Shown: positions 27,356 through 37,064 of the stretch, piece after piece
Layout of the letters: every line of letters begins with the position of its first letter
Numbering within the stretch: the stretch's first letter is position 1
Assembly (NCBI GenBank): GCA_051867975.1
Contig: JBJDZM010000002.1
Coordinates: 3,307-67,306 of the forward strand
Direction of reading: 5' to 3'
Origin: Eubacteriales bacterium
GTDB taxonomy: Bacteria; Bacillota; Clostridia; Oscillospirales; CAG-272
Length of the DNA: 64,000 nt
Translations under genes and position numbers: made by a program
The notes under the pieces: generated by a model
What the model was told of the DNA's origin: nothing
The model's database searches: none
Seen by the model: only the letters and a program-made list of their open reading frames with translations

Positions 27356-29395
27356 CTATATTCTTCTCACCTCGCCGCTCGGGGCGCGGCGTGTTTTATA
27401 GGCTTCTATCACGCCGTCAATCTCACTTTGAGTCTCGGTCGTGAAAATAAAATGTCTGTCGGTAATTCCCGACTGCAAAAGCGCGTCCTGCCTGTCCGCC
27501 ATATATGTCGGCGTGCTGTTGAATATAAGGTTGCGATGCTCCGCCGTTCTCATTACGGGGAATACAAACCCGCGTCTGTCACGCATTTTCGCCTCACCCT
27601 TCTCGCAGATCTCACACCCGCGCTTGTCGCCGTAAAACTCTTTTATAACGCATTTTTCAAGCAGCATGAGCGGTATTCTTCCATATACTATCGCCGATTT
27701 TGCCCCGTCAAGGTCGCGCAGCTGCGGTAAAGTCAGCTCCGCCGAGGCAACGTAGCTCTCAAACCCGAGCTTTTCAAAAAAGAGAGCCGAGCGGCAGTTT
27801 CCTATGTTGAATCTGAAATCCGCAATCAATCTTGCACGGGGCAATATTTGTCTTACCTTTTCAATCTGTCCGAGGTTGGATACGACAATATATTCGGGGT
27901 GTCTTTCCGCCGATACCGAAAGCATTTTTTCTACCTTCGCCCACTCTCGGTCAAAGGTCACCTCGGGCATCCAGAATCCGTCCGCAATATTTGCTTTTTC
28001 GCAATATTTGTCAAGCGGGAGCAGAATAATATCGAAGAATTCCCTTGCCGCATCACTTATAGCATCGGGCGAGTAAAATCTGCCTACGTTTCGATTTTTC
28101 GGTGCATTTTGACATCTTTCCGAAGAGATTTTTCCGATTTTCGGCTCTTTGACTTCGCTGACAAGAGTCATCAATTTCTCGGCACCCTCACGTCTCAAAG
28201 CGTTGAGCGCGGATATCGGCATCATGACATTCTCTCCGAGCTTTATGTCAAGTTCACCGACCTTAAAGGGTGTATCTCCGAGTTTTGAGAGACATTTTTC
28301 AACGTTTTCGCGGCTTATCGGAGCATTTATCGCCCTCTGCGCCACAGCGCCGCAGACAGTGACCGATCTATCTTTGTGAGAAAGAGTCAGCTTTGAATTC
28401 TCGCCTTCAAATATCTCCGCCGAAATATCTATCGGCACTTTTCTCGTCATTTTATTGAATTTTGGGGTATTTCTCGATGCCTGCTTGTCCTCTTCACTGC
28501 GCACGCCGAGCATGCCGTGACCGACAGTTTTTTTATAATATGAATCGGTGAATCCGCCGCGTGAGAAGAAATCGGCGAGCCTTTGAATATCCGATTTCGT
28601 CGCATTTTTCCCTATGTCGAGCAATTCGCGAAAGATTGCCGTGACACCTCTGACATATTCGGGAGATTTCATTCTTCCCTCAATTTTGAGCGACGCAACG
28701 CCGCTCGCTATTATTTCTTCGATATGCTCCGCTAACGACAGGTCCTTCAGCGACAAGGGATATCTGTTCCCTGCCTTCTCCCCGCCGCACGCATAGGGCA
28801 ATCTGCACGGCTGTGCGCAAAGACCGCGGTTACCGCTCCTTCCTCCTACGAGCGAGGAGAAAAGGCACTGCCCCGAATGGCTGACGCAGAGCGCACCGTG
28901 TATAAACATTTCTATTTCAAGCGAGGTGTTATTCACCATGAAAGCGATGTCCTCACGCGACAGCTCTCGCGCAGGGACGACTCTCGTAAAGCCGTGTTTT
29001 TCAAGAAGCCGCGCTCCGAGGGCGTTATGTATGCTCATCTGCGTACTTGCGTGAAGCGGAATTTCGGGCAAATATTCATGTAAAAGCTCTGCCGCTCCGA
29101 GGTCGGAAACGATAAAAGCATCTATCCCGAGCCTTGCCGAGACTTCAGCCATACGCAAAAAATCCTCCCTCTCACGGTCGAATATCATCGTGTTTACGGT
29201 CTGATAGAGCTTGACACCGTACGCGTGGGCAAGTCTTATCGCCTCCCCCATGCTCTCTTGTCCGAAATTCTCGGCATTGATGCGCGCATTAAAGGAGGCA
29301 CCTCCCATGTATATCGCGTCGGCGCCTCCGTCTATTGCTGCCTTCAACGCTTCAAACGAGCCCGCAGGGCTTAAAAGTTCAGGCAATTTATTCAT
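27356..29395 (-). CDS. U32 family peptidase (long form)
   Basis: N-terminus ELLSPAGSFEALKAAIDGGADAIYMGG. Cys-rich core GALCVSHSGQCLFSS...GNRGLCAQPCR. 679 aa. Confidence 0.85.
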   Translation of the reverse strand: MNKLPELLSPAGSFEALKAAIDGGADAIYMGGASFNARINAENFGQESMGEAIRLAHAYGVKLYQTVNTMIFDREREDFLRMAEVSARLGIDAFIVSDLGAAELLHEYLPEIPLHASTQMSIHNALGARLLEKHGFTRVVPARELSREDIAFMVNNTSLEIEMFIHGALCVSHSGQCLFSSLVGGRSGNRGLCAQPCRLPYACGGEKAGNRYPLSLKDLSLAEHIEEIIASGVASLKIEGRMKSPEYVRGVTAIFRELLDIGKNATKSDIQRLADFFSRGGFTDSYYKKTVGHGMLGVRSEEDKQASRNTPKFNKMTRKVPIDISAEIFEGENSKLTLSHKDRSVTVCGAVAQRAINAPISRENVEKCLSKLGDTPFKVGELDIKLGENVMMPISALNALRREGAEKLMTLVSEVKEPKIGKISSERCQNAPKNRNVGRFYSPDAISDAAREFFDIILLPLDKYCEKANIADGFWMPEVTFDREWAKVEKMLSVSAERHPEYIVVSNLGQIEKVRQILPRARLIADFRFNIGNCRSALFFEKLGFESYVASAELTLPQLRDLDGAKSAIVYGRIPLMLLEKCVIKEFYGDKRGCEICEKGEAKMRDRRGFVFPVMRTAEHRNLIFNSTPTYMADRQDALLQSGITDRHFIFTTETQSEIDGVIEAYKTRRAPSGEVRRI

Positions 29396-29398
29396 TTT

Positions 29399-29932
29399 TC
29401 AGATGTCTCCGAACGTGAGTAGGTCAAACATGCTGCCGACACGGCTCTTGCCCTGCGGCTTTTTCGCTTCGGACTCCTCCGCCGTGTTTTCGGCAGGGGA
29501 AACTTTCTCGTCATCATCCGAGGATGCGATCGAAATATCAATGTCGGGAACGTTTCCCGTCTTCTTCGCCTCTTCAAGCGCGGCGCGGAGCTTCATATTC
29601 TCAATCTCGATTCTTGCCTTCTCTCGCTCAAGATTCGCGGTGAGCCGCTGGGTACGGGCATACTTATCATCCGATTCCTTGAGCTTTTCATTGAGAGTTG
29701 CTATCTCGTCGTTGAGGGCATCAATTTCTTCCTTTGCCTTGACCTTGTCCGCGCAGAGGTCGAGCGCGCAAAGAAGAGCCGCCTGGGTTTTCGGGCAGTA
29801 TTTGCTTTTAAGCAAAATGTCCCTCATCTTTCTGTCGATCACCCCGACTATGTACTCCACCTTCTCGGGAGCCTCGTCTACTGTGACATTAAGCTCAACG
29901 TCGGCTATTGAAAGTGTGTATTTTTGTTTCAT
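29399..29932 (-). CDS. zapA: Cell division protein ZapA with extended coiled-coil/acidic C-terminus
   Basis: ZapA-like N-terminus YTLSIADVELNVTVDEAPEKVEYIVGVIDRKMRDI...AALLCALDL followed by a coiled coil. Sits next to a U32 peptidase gene, a neighbourhood I recall as common in Firmicutes. Confidence 0.7.
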   Translation of the reverse strand: MKQKYTLSIADVELNVTVDEAPEKVEYIVGVIDRKMRDILLKSKYCPKTQAALLCALDLCADKVKAKEEIDALNDEIATLNEKLKESDDKYARTQRLTANLEREKARIEIENMKLRAALEEAKKTGNVPDIDISIASSDDDEKVSPAENTAEESEAKKPQGKSRVGSMFDLLTFGDI

Positions 29933-30109
29933 GTTTTTCCCTCCGAATCTATATACTGTATATTAATTTTTAAAATGTACTTGAAAATGGCGGCAAAGTG
30001 GTGTATAATGGACAAAAGATACAAAATTGCCCCTTTTTTATATTATAATACAAAACGCGGAATATTTAAAGGGCTTTTTGAAAAATTTTTTCGCGAAAGT
30101 GAGTTTTTT

Positions 30110-30919
30110 ATGGGCTTGTTTCAAAATTGCAAAAGAATAGTTATTAAGGTCGGCTCGTCCACTCTCACTCACGCGACGGGACAGCTTGACCTGCGCAGGA
30201 TAGAAAATCTTGCAAAAACGCTCTCAGACCTCAAAAACACGGGGAAAGAGGTCATTCTCGTCTCCTCCGGTGCAGTCAGTGCGGGTATTGCAAAATCCGC
30301 GCTCGGTCACAGACCCGTGTCTCTTGAAGAAAAGCAGGCGATGGCATCAATAGGTCAGAGCGAGCTTATGAAGATTTACGACAGATTCTTCTCGGATTGG
30401 GGGCACAAGGTCGCACAGATACTCATGACGCGTGACGTCATTGACAATCCCGTGCGTCGCACCGCCGCCGAGAATACCTTTAACACCTTATTGAAAATGG
30501 GATGCATCCCGATCGTCAACGAAAACGATGCCGTTTCAACCGACGAGCTGACCAAATTCGGAGGAAACGACATATTATCCGCTCACGTTGCCAACCTCTG
30601 CCGCGCCGACATTCTCATAAACCTCTCCGATATCGACGGTCTTTACGACAGCGATCCGAGGAAAAACGAAAATGCGAGATTTATTGACCGAGTCGACGAC
30701 ATCGATAAGATACTCGATTATGCAGGCGGAGCCGGAACCGACCGCGGCACCGGCGGCATGGAGGCAAAGCTCACCGCCGCAAAGATGGTGACGGAAAACG
30801 GAATACCGATGTTCATTATGAACGGAAAAGACCCCGAAATACTCTATAAGCTTCTTGACGGCGAACACGTCGGTACATATTTCACCGCAAAGGCGAAAAA
30901 GGAGGGAAAGAACCCTTGA
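30110..30919 (+). CDS. proB: Glutamate 5-kinase (short form, no PUA domain)
   Basis: Preferred start MGLFQNCKRIVIKVGSSTLT. Motifs VSSGAVSAG, IPIVNENDAVSTDE and GTGGMEAKL. Confidence 0.85.
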   Translation: MGLFQNCKRIVIKVGSSTLTHATGQLDLRRIENLAKTLSDLKNTGKEVILVSSGAVSAGIAKSALGHRPVSLEEKQAMASIGQSELMKIYDRFFSDWGHKVAQILMTRDVIDNPVRRTAAENTFNTLLKMGCIPIVNENDAVSTDELTKFGGNDILSAHVANLCRADILINLSDIDGLYDSDPRKNENARFIDRVDDIDKILDYAGGAGTDRGTGGMEAKLTAAKMVTENGIPMFIMNGKDPEILYKLLDGEHVGTYFTAKAKKEGKNP

Positions 30920-33459
30920 ACAAGCTTGAAAAGGACATTCTTGACAGTGAGATGGGTCTGTATTCAAATTTTCCCAAGACCGATGAATCGGAAAAAGAGG
31001 AGGACACTCCGAAATCCGATGCAGAGCCTGAGCAGGAGTCCGAGACACCGCCTGTATTCACAGAGGACGGAATTCAGCTCAAAATAGACGATATGTTTCT
31101 CGGAAAAGCCGACGATGACGAAGACAAATTCTTTGAATACGGATATCAGGATGAGCTTGACATCAGCAGTCTCGGTCATCTGTCAGAGGATGAAGAACCC
31201 CGGAAGGCAGACAAGAAATATGACGGAACGAGACTCTACCGCGAAACGGTGCTTCTCATAGAATCTGGAGAAGTTGACCTTGAACACGGCATCGCTCTGC
31301 TCAAGAAAAACGCCGCGGACGGACATTCTCTCTCCTGGATATACCTCGGACAAATCTATTCAAATAAAACGAGCGATATCTACAATCCCGCCTTGGCTTT
31401 TGATTGCTATAAAAAAGCGGCGGACCAAGGGTACGGCGAGGGATTTTACAATCTCGGGCTTGCATACTGCACAGGGTTTGGTTGCGACCGAGACGACGAA
31501 GCGGCGGTGGAATGTTTTTCGGACGGAGCGCGAATTTTTAACCCCGACTGCATATTTGCTCTCGGAAGCTGTTATGAGTTCGGTGTCGGTTGCGAAATAA
31601 ACTATGAGTTTGCATTCACCTTATACGAAAAGGCATGCGAGCTTGACCACGCGGACGGCGCAAACAACCTCGGAGGCTGTTATTTCCACGGCCACGGAGT
31701 CGAACAGGACAAAGAAAAAGCAATAGAGATATATGAGCATGCGGCAGATCTCGGAAGCTCGAATGCGCTCTGCCGACTCGGAATGATATACGAGACCGGA
31801 GACGGAACAGATGCTGATATCAAAAAAGCATTTGAATACTACAAGGCAGCTGCAAGCGCAAAGAACCCGATAGGTCTATATAGGCTGGCAAGATGCTACG
31901 ACCTCGGAGTCGGTACCGAACAGAACTTTAATAAAGCGTTTAAATATTACAGCCGCTCCGCTTCTCTCGGATATGACCCTGCAAAATATGAAGCGGGCAG
32001 GATGTGCATATCCGGACGCGGAACAAAGAAAAATTATGACGCGGCTTACGCCTACTTTATATCCGCCGCAAAGGACGGATACGCTCCGGCTGAATACGAG
32101 GCTGCAAACTGCTGCTTTGACGGCAAAGGGGCTTTGAAAGACCGCGAGAGCGCGTACATATATTACTGCCGCGCATACGAATCGGGCGGTGTCAATCGCG
32201 CAGACGCAGCATATAAAATCGGTCTTTGCCATCTTAAAGGACTCGGCGCGAAAAAGGACGAAAAGCTGGCGTTCGATTGGTTCTCGACGGGCGCAAAGCT
32301 CGGAAATCCTCGGGCTATGTACATGCTCGGTGAGTGCTATTACTTCGGTGTGGGAACAGACGCTGACAAGGTGACTGCCGTCGATTGCTTTACAAAGGCA
32401 GAAGAAAAAACAGACTCCTCGGATGATGATAACGGAGAGCGGGTCTCACTGCTCTTGGCGCTCGGTCATTGTTTTGAACTCGGAATCGGAACCGATGCAG
32501 ACCCTCGACGTGCAAGACTTTTGTATAAGGCGGCGGCGGACAGCGGAAGAGCCGATGCTCTTTATGCGCTTGGATGCGCAATACTTTACGGTGTCGGAAT
32601 GAAAGCCGAATATGCGGCGGCAAGACCGCCCTTCCTTCGCTCCGCGAGAAAAGGCTATGTCCCCGCAATGCTGATGGTGGGCAAATTCTCAGACGACGGA
32701 CGAGGAGTCCCCAAAAACACAGATGATGCGCAAAATTGGTATTTAAAGTCGGTTAAAAGCGAGGATGAGCCGCATATGTCCATATATGATTTCCCAAACC
32801 GTTTTTTCGAAAACGCGAAGTTATGCACTGAGTCAAAAATTGAGGCTCAGTTCCGTCTCGGAATGCTCGTTGCCGGAAACGAAAGAAATATTCAGGGATA
32901 TACGAAGGCATTTGAATATGTCTCTTTGTCGGCATCTATGGGTTACGCTCATGCCCAAACCGAAATAACGAGGATATATGTCAGCGGCGGAGATCTGACC
33001 GAATATTATGAGAGTCCCTTCTTTGCTCCGGAATCGGCTTTCCTGAAAGGCGGAGATGCTCCTCCGGACAAGAAAAAACTCGGGGACGCCATGAACAAAC
33101 TCGGAGATACCTTTTTTGACGGTAAACGTTCACTCAAAAAGAATGAGGAAGCCGCGGCAAGATGCTACCGCTATGCCGCAGAATTCGGAAATGTCGACGC
33201 GGCTTACAGCTACGGATGGTGCCTGCGACACGGTGTCGGTGTCAGGGAAAATGATACAGAGGCGGCAAAGTGGCTTAAAGCGGCGGCAGACAAAGGTAAT
33301 GCCAACGCCGCTTACAGCTATGGCCTCTGCTGTGAGGAAGGCGCAAGCACGGGCATTAAAAACAAGCGTGAGGCTCTCTATTATTATCGAATGGCGGCAA
33401 GCGCGGGACACGGCGAGGCGGCACTGAGATTTATCAAATTATCGGGAAGAGACGAATAA
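30916..33459 (+). CDS. Sel1-like repeat (SLR/TPR-family) protein, 847 aa
   Basis: TTG start overlaps the proB stop, after AAGGAGGGAAAG. The acidic N-terminus is followed by ~20 repeats of the type A..WY.KAA..G...A...LG.CY..G.G...D...A. Confidence 0.75.
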   Translation: MNKLEKDILDSEMGLYSNFPKTDESEKEEDTPKSDAEPEQESETPPVFTEDGIQLKIDDMFLGKADDDEDKFFEYGYQDELDISSLGHLSEDEEPRKADKKYDGTRLYRETVLLIESGEVDLEHGIALLKKNAADGHSLSWIYLGQIYSNKTSDIYNPALAFDCYKKAADQGYGEGFYNLGLAYCTGFGCDRDDEAAVECFSDGARIFNPDCIFALGSCYEFGVGCEINYEFAFTLYEKACELDHADGANNLGGCYFHGHGVEQDKEKAIEIYEHAADLGSSNALCRLGMIYETGDGTDADIKKAFEYYKAAASAKNPIGLYRLARCYDLGVGTEQNFNKAFKYYSRSASLGYDPAKYEAGRMCISGRGTKKNYDAAYAYFISAAKDGYAPAEYEAANCCFDGKGALKDRESAYIYYCRAYESGGVNRADAAYKIGLCHLKGLGAKKDEKLAFDWFSTGAKLGNPRAMYMLGECYYFGVGTDADKVTAVDCFTKAEEKTDSSDDDNGERVSLLLALGHCFELGIGTDADPRRARLLYKAAADSGRADALYALGCAILYGVGMKAEYAAARPPFLRSARKGYVPAMLMVGKFSDDGRGVPKNTDDAQNWYLKSVKSEDEPHMSIYDFPNRFFENAKLCTESKIEAQFRLGMLVAGNERNIQGYTKAFEYVSLSASMGYAHAQTEITRIYVSGGDLTEYYESPFFAPESAFLKGGDAPPDKKKLGDAMNKLGDTFFDGKRSLKKNEEAAARCYRYAAEFGNVDAAYSYGWCLRHGVGVRENDTEAAKWLKAAADKGNANAAYSYGLCCEEGASTGIKNKREALYYYRMAASAGHGEAALRFIKLSGRDE

Positions 33460-33566
33460 GCAGGTTTCTTGACAGATTTATTTCATATTTGTTTTATTTT
33501 TTGGTTTATACATTTTTCCGGGGGAAGCCTTTTCCCTCGGAATTTTTCAATTATCCTATAAAAGAT

Positions 33567-33619
33567 GTTGACAAATCAACTATATTGTGCTATAATGGCA
33601 ACATTGTTGATATGTCAAC
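33567..33619 (+). promoter_or_regulatory. marR promoter with two GTTGA-N4-TCAAC palindromes (putative autoregulatory operators)
   Basis: TTGACA (33568-33573), 17 nt, TATAAT (33591-33596). Palindromes GTTGACAAATCAAC (33567-33580) and GTTGATATGTCAAC (33606-33619). Confidence 0.6.
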
Positions 33620-33649
33620 AACATAAGGCTTTATAAGGAGTAAAAAATC

Positions 33650-34126
33650 ATGCAAAAAGAAATGATCGAGCGCTTTGAGCAATTTTCTTATTCTATCAAC
33701 GTAATTTACAGATATGTTTTGAAGATCGAGCGCGAGGAAATGGAAAAGTACGGATATCGCGGCTCGTATGCGCTGTATCTTGCAATAATGTACCACTTCC
33801 CCGACGGACTTACAGCCTCTAAACTGAGTGAAATCTCAGACCGCGACAAGGCAGGCATCTCACGAATCGTCGCCGAAATGGAGCAAAAGGGGCTTATCAC
33901 AAAACAGAGCAATCATGATAATTTCTACCGTGCCAAGCTCGTTTTGACACCCAAAGGCAGAGACGTTGCCGACTTGGTACGCAAAAAGGCGATTTATGCG
34001 GTAAGCAGGGCAGGCGACGGTATTTCAGATGAGGACAGAAAAATCTTTTACGACTGCCTTTTCTCGATTTCATCCAACCTGAAAAAAATAAGCAGTGAGG
34101 GTATTCCCGACTGCGAAAACGATTAA
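33650..34126 (+). CDS. MarR family transcriptional regulator
   Basis: Winged-HTH pattern LTASKLSEISDRDKAGISRIVAEMEQKGLITKQ...RAKLVLTPKG. Confidence 0.8.
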   Translation: MQKEMIERFEQFSYSINVIYRYVLKIEREEMEKYGYRGSYALYLAIMYHFPDGLTASKLSEISDRDKAGISRIVAEMEQKGLITKQSNHDNFYRAKLVLTPKGRDVADLVRKKAIYAVSRAGDGISDEDRKIFYDCLFSISSNLKKISSEGIPDCEND

Positions 34127-34137
34127 GAACAGCCTGT

Positions 34138-34380
34138 GCGGCAGATTGGAGGTTTGCGTGAAAGTTACTTCCGTCTAAAGGTGAAGCAATCTGTTTCACG
34201 CACGAATTTTGCTTTGCAAAATTCACTGGTTATCATTTGCCTGCCGCAAGCGGCAGAATGGAGGTTTGCGTGAAAGTTACTTCCGTCTAAAGGTGAAGCA
34301 ATCTGTTTCACGCACGAATTTTGCTTTGCAAAATTCACTGGTTATCATTTGCCTGCCGCAAAGCGGCAGAATGGAGGTTT
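34138..34380 (+). repeat. Tandem direct repeat, 2.15 copies of a 112/113-bp hairpin-rich unit, forming the degV 5' leader
   Basis: Units start at 34138, 34250 and 34363 (the last is partial) and are near-identical. Each contains GCGGCAGAaTGGAGG, GCGTGAAA...TTTCACGC, GAATTTTGC-TTT-GCAAAATTC and CTGCCG-CAAG-CGGCAG. Confidence 0.9.
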
Positions 34381-34382
34381 AT

Positions 34383-35228
34383 ATGAGTGTAAAAATTGTA
34401 ATCGATTCAACAGTTGACGTTTCTCCGAGAAACGAGAAGCAATTTATTATCGTGCCGATCACGGTTCGGTTCGGCAACGAAGAATACCTTGACCGAATTG
34501 AACTTTGCGCAACCGACTTCTACAAAAAACTCGTTGAGAGCGACGTTATGCCGACGACAAGTCAGGCAAATATTGCCGACTTTGACAAGGTCTTTCGGGA
34601 AGAGACCGAGAAAGGTAACGACGTAGTCGTAGTAACCATTTCTTCAAAGCTTTCGGGTACATATCACAGCGCGTGTGTTGCCGCAGAGGACTATGCGGGC
34701 AAGGTCTTCGTTGTTGACAGCCTATCGGTCACGATTGGAGCGGGATTGCTCGCAGAGCTTGCGCTGAAGCTCGCAAACGACGGTCTTCCTGCCGAGAGCA
34801 TTGCAAAACGCGTGAGAGTCGAGCGTGAAAATACAAAGCTTGTCGCAATGCTCGACACGCTTGAATATCTCAGGCGCGGCGGACGAATTTCGCCTACTGC
34901 CGCCTTTGCAGGCTCGCTTTTGTCGATAAAGCCGGTCATCTCGGTAAAGGGCGGCGAAATCGTGATACTCGGAAAGGCGCGCGGCTCACGTCAGTCAAAT
35001 AACTTTCTCATAAAGGAGATCGAGCAGAGCGGAGGAATCAATTTCAATATGCCCCTGCTCCTCGGATACACCGGATTTGACGACATTCTCTTGCAGAAAT
35101 ACATCGAGGACAGCGCGCATCTTTGGAAGGACATGACCGACGAGCTTGATGTTGCGTTAGTCGGAAGCAGTATCGGAACACATGCGGGGCCCGGTGCCAT
35201 CGCGGTGGCGTTTTTCATGAATAGGTAA
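34383..35228 (+). CDS. DegV family fatty-acid-binding protein
   Basis: The real start MSVKIVIDSTVD follows GGAGG. The ORF-track start at 34209 reads through the tandem repeat. Motifs TSQ, VVTISSKLSGTY, YLRRGGRI and HAGPG. Confidence 0.85.
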   Translation: MSVKIVIDSTVDVSPRNEKQFIIVPITVRFGNEEYLDRIELCATDFYKKLVESDVMPTTSQANIADFDKVFREETEKGNDVVVVTISSKLSGTYHSACVAAEDYAGKVFVVDSLSVTIGAGLLAELALKLANDGLPAESIAKRVRVERENTKLVAMLDTLEYLRRGGRISPTAAFAGSLLSIKPVISVKGGEIVILGKARGSRQSNNFLIKEIEQSGGINFNMPLLLGYTGFDDILLQKYIEDSAHLWKDMTDELDVALVGSSIGTHAGPGAIAVAFFMNR

Positions 35229-35235
35229 AGACATT

Positions 35236-35261
35236 CAGCCCCTCGCTTTGGCGAGGGGCTG
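35236..35261. terminator. Bidirectional hairpin terminator (degV / serine dehydratase)
   Basis: CAGCCCCTCGC-TTTG-GCGAGGGGCTG lies between convergent stops. Confidence 0.65.
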
Positions 35262-35292
35262 AAATCGTTAATTCAGTCTAAAAAACGACGTT

Positions 35293-36519
35293 TCAGTTCT
35301 TTTTATAAAGCTTGGCAAGTCCGCCTTCGCTCGTTTCGCGGTAGATGTTCGATAGGTCAACTCCCGTTTGATACATCGTCTCGACGACAAGGTCAAAGGA
35401 TATCTTTCGGCTGTCCGACAAAAAATTTGCAAGAGAGAGCGCATTTATAGCTCTCATCGCCGCAACCGCGTTTCGCTCAATGCACGGTATTTGAACTAAT
35501 CCGCAAACGGGGTCGCAGGTAAGTCCCAAATGATGCTCGAGCGATATCTCCGCCGCATACTCTATCTGGTCTATTCCCATATAGAAAAGCTCCGCGAGCG
35601 CTGCCGCCGCCATGGAACACGCCGTGCCGATCTCCGCCTGGCATCCGCATTCCGCACCGCTTATCGATGCATTTGTCGCAACGATGTTTCCGATAAGTCC
35701 CGCAACCGCCAAAGCGCGGAAAATATCATCCTCGGTAAAGGAATTTTTCTCCTCCATATATTTCAGCACCGCAGGCAGAACGCCGCAGGAGCCGCAGGTC
35801 GGTGCGGTCACGATCCGTCCGCAGTCGGCATTCTGCTCACTCACCGCAAAGGCATATGCGCAGACGAGTCGGTTCTCTCTTGTCTGTGGGCTTTCGTCTA
35901 TATGCCTTTGATTATAAAGCTTTTGAGCCTTTCTTTGAAGCTCAAGACCGCCCGGAAGCACTCCCGTGTGTATTAGTCCCTCGCGGATAGAATTTGACAT
36001 AGTATGCCAGACCTCTCCGAGAAAACTTCTAAAATCCGCATTCTCATGCTCAAAAACATAGTCGGAAAGGCGGATATTTCTCGCCTTACATATTGCCGCT
36101 ATCTCGCCAAAGCTCTTTTCGGCATAAACCTCGTCGTCGGGTATTCCGTCGCCGTCCTCGTCAATCATTTCGTCACCGACTATGACTATCTCACCGCCGC
36201 CGATAGACAAAACCGTCATTTCCGCAGTCTTCTCACCGCCGATATATCCCTCAAGCTTCATCGTGTTCGGATGCGCAAGTTCTATCCTGTCATCCATATT
36301 GAATATTATTTCGCAATCAATGCCGTGGAATTCTTCCCTGATTACCCGGTCGGTGCCGTGTCCCTCGCCGGTTTTCGCAAGCGAGCCGAAAAGCGTGACT
36401 GTGACGGAGTCACATTCGGGGTATCGCTCTCTGAACTTTTGAGCGGCAAACGCAGGTCCCATCGTGTGCGAGCTTGACGGACCTATCCCGATTTTAAAAA
36501 GATTGCGTACAGATTTCAT
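35293..36519 (-). CDS. sdaA: L-serine ammonia-lyase, iron-sulfur-dependent (single chain)
   Basis: N-terminus LFKIGIGPSSSHTMGP. Cys-containing motifs TAPTCGSCG and ECGCQAEIG. Confidence 0.85.
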   Translation of the reverse strand: MKSVRNLFKIGIGPSSSHTMGPAFAAQKFRERYPECDSVTVTLFGSLAKTGEGHGTDRVIREEFHGIDCEIIFNMDDRIELAHPNTMKLEGYIGGEKTAEMTVLSIGGGEIVIVGDEMIDEDGDGIPDDEVYAEKSFGEIAAICKARNIRLSDYVFEHENADFRSFLGEVWHTMSNSIREGLIHTGVLPGGLELQRKAQKLYNQRHIDESPQTRENRLVCAYAFAVSEQNADCGRIVTAPTCGSCGVLPAVLKYMEEKNSFTEDDIFRALAVAGLIGNIVATNASISGAECGCQAEIGTACSMAAAALAELFYMGIDQIEYAAEISLEHHLGLTCDPVCGLVQIPCIERNAVAAMRAINALSLANFLSDSRKISFDLVVETMYQTGVDLSNIYRETSEGGLAKLYKKN

Positions 36520-36647
36520 ATCTTGAAGTCCTTTTGAGTTATTATTGAACGGTTCACACCGCTATTACACTGTTAGTATACCATCTCTTTTTGAGCATTT
36601 TATGAACAAAACGAAAAATGGCTTTTTTGCCTTGTAGTATAGACCAA

Positions 36648-37001
36648 CTAAAGTGCGGCAAGACCGTCCTCGGACAACTCGGAAATAAAAGCGCAGATGG
36701 CGATGTCGGCAGTTTCGTCAACCGTGACATTCAAAAACAACTTGTCCTTGAGAAGTTTATGATAGATCTCAAACTCGTTTGCTTTTTTCATTCCGTGTTC
36801 GGTTAAATACACAAGACCGCCATGTTCTTTTTGAATATATTTTAAATCAAGAAAAGTATCCATCATATTGTGAACACTGACCTTGCTCAGCTTCAATTCT
36901 TTGGCAATGTCGATACTTCGGACTCCCGTTCCCTTATAAATCCGCTTGATTGCAAGCAGATAACGAATATGAGATCCTGTCAGGACCGTCTTGTCAATCA
37001 T
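36648..37001 (-). CDS. DtxR-like winged-helix regulator (N-terminal DNA-binding/dimerisation part only)
   Basis: 117 aa. HIRYLLAIKRIYKGTGVRSIDIAKELKLSKVSVHNMMDTFLDLKYI...LTEHG resembles the DtxR/MntR N-domain. Last gene of the feo operon. Confidence 0.55.
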   Translation of the reverse strand: MIDKTVLTGSHIRYLLAIKRIYKGTGVRSIDIAKELKLSKVSVHNMMDTFLDLKYIQKEHGGLVYLTEHGMKKANEFEIYHKLLKDKLFLNVTVDETADIAICAFISELSEDGLAAL

Positions 37002-37064
37002 TGCTGACTCCTCTCTTTGAAATAAGGGAATGCGAATGTTTCAACCGCATCCCCTCGTTTTTTG

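Noticed and set aside
29211-29966. 251-aa plus-strand ORF
   Set aside because: It spans the U32 and zapA genes on the opposite strand and its product is Ser/Ala-rich, so it is a shadow ORF.
34138-34380. Possible CRISPR array
   Set aside because: The units are contiguous 112/113-bp direct repeats without unique spacers, and no cas genes are present.
34209-34382. 58-codon N-terminal extension of degV in the ORF track
   Set aside because: The extension is encoded by the tandem repeat. A GGAGG sits at proper spacing before ATG 34383, and the conserved DegV N-terminus begins there.
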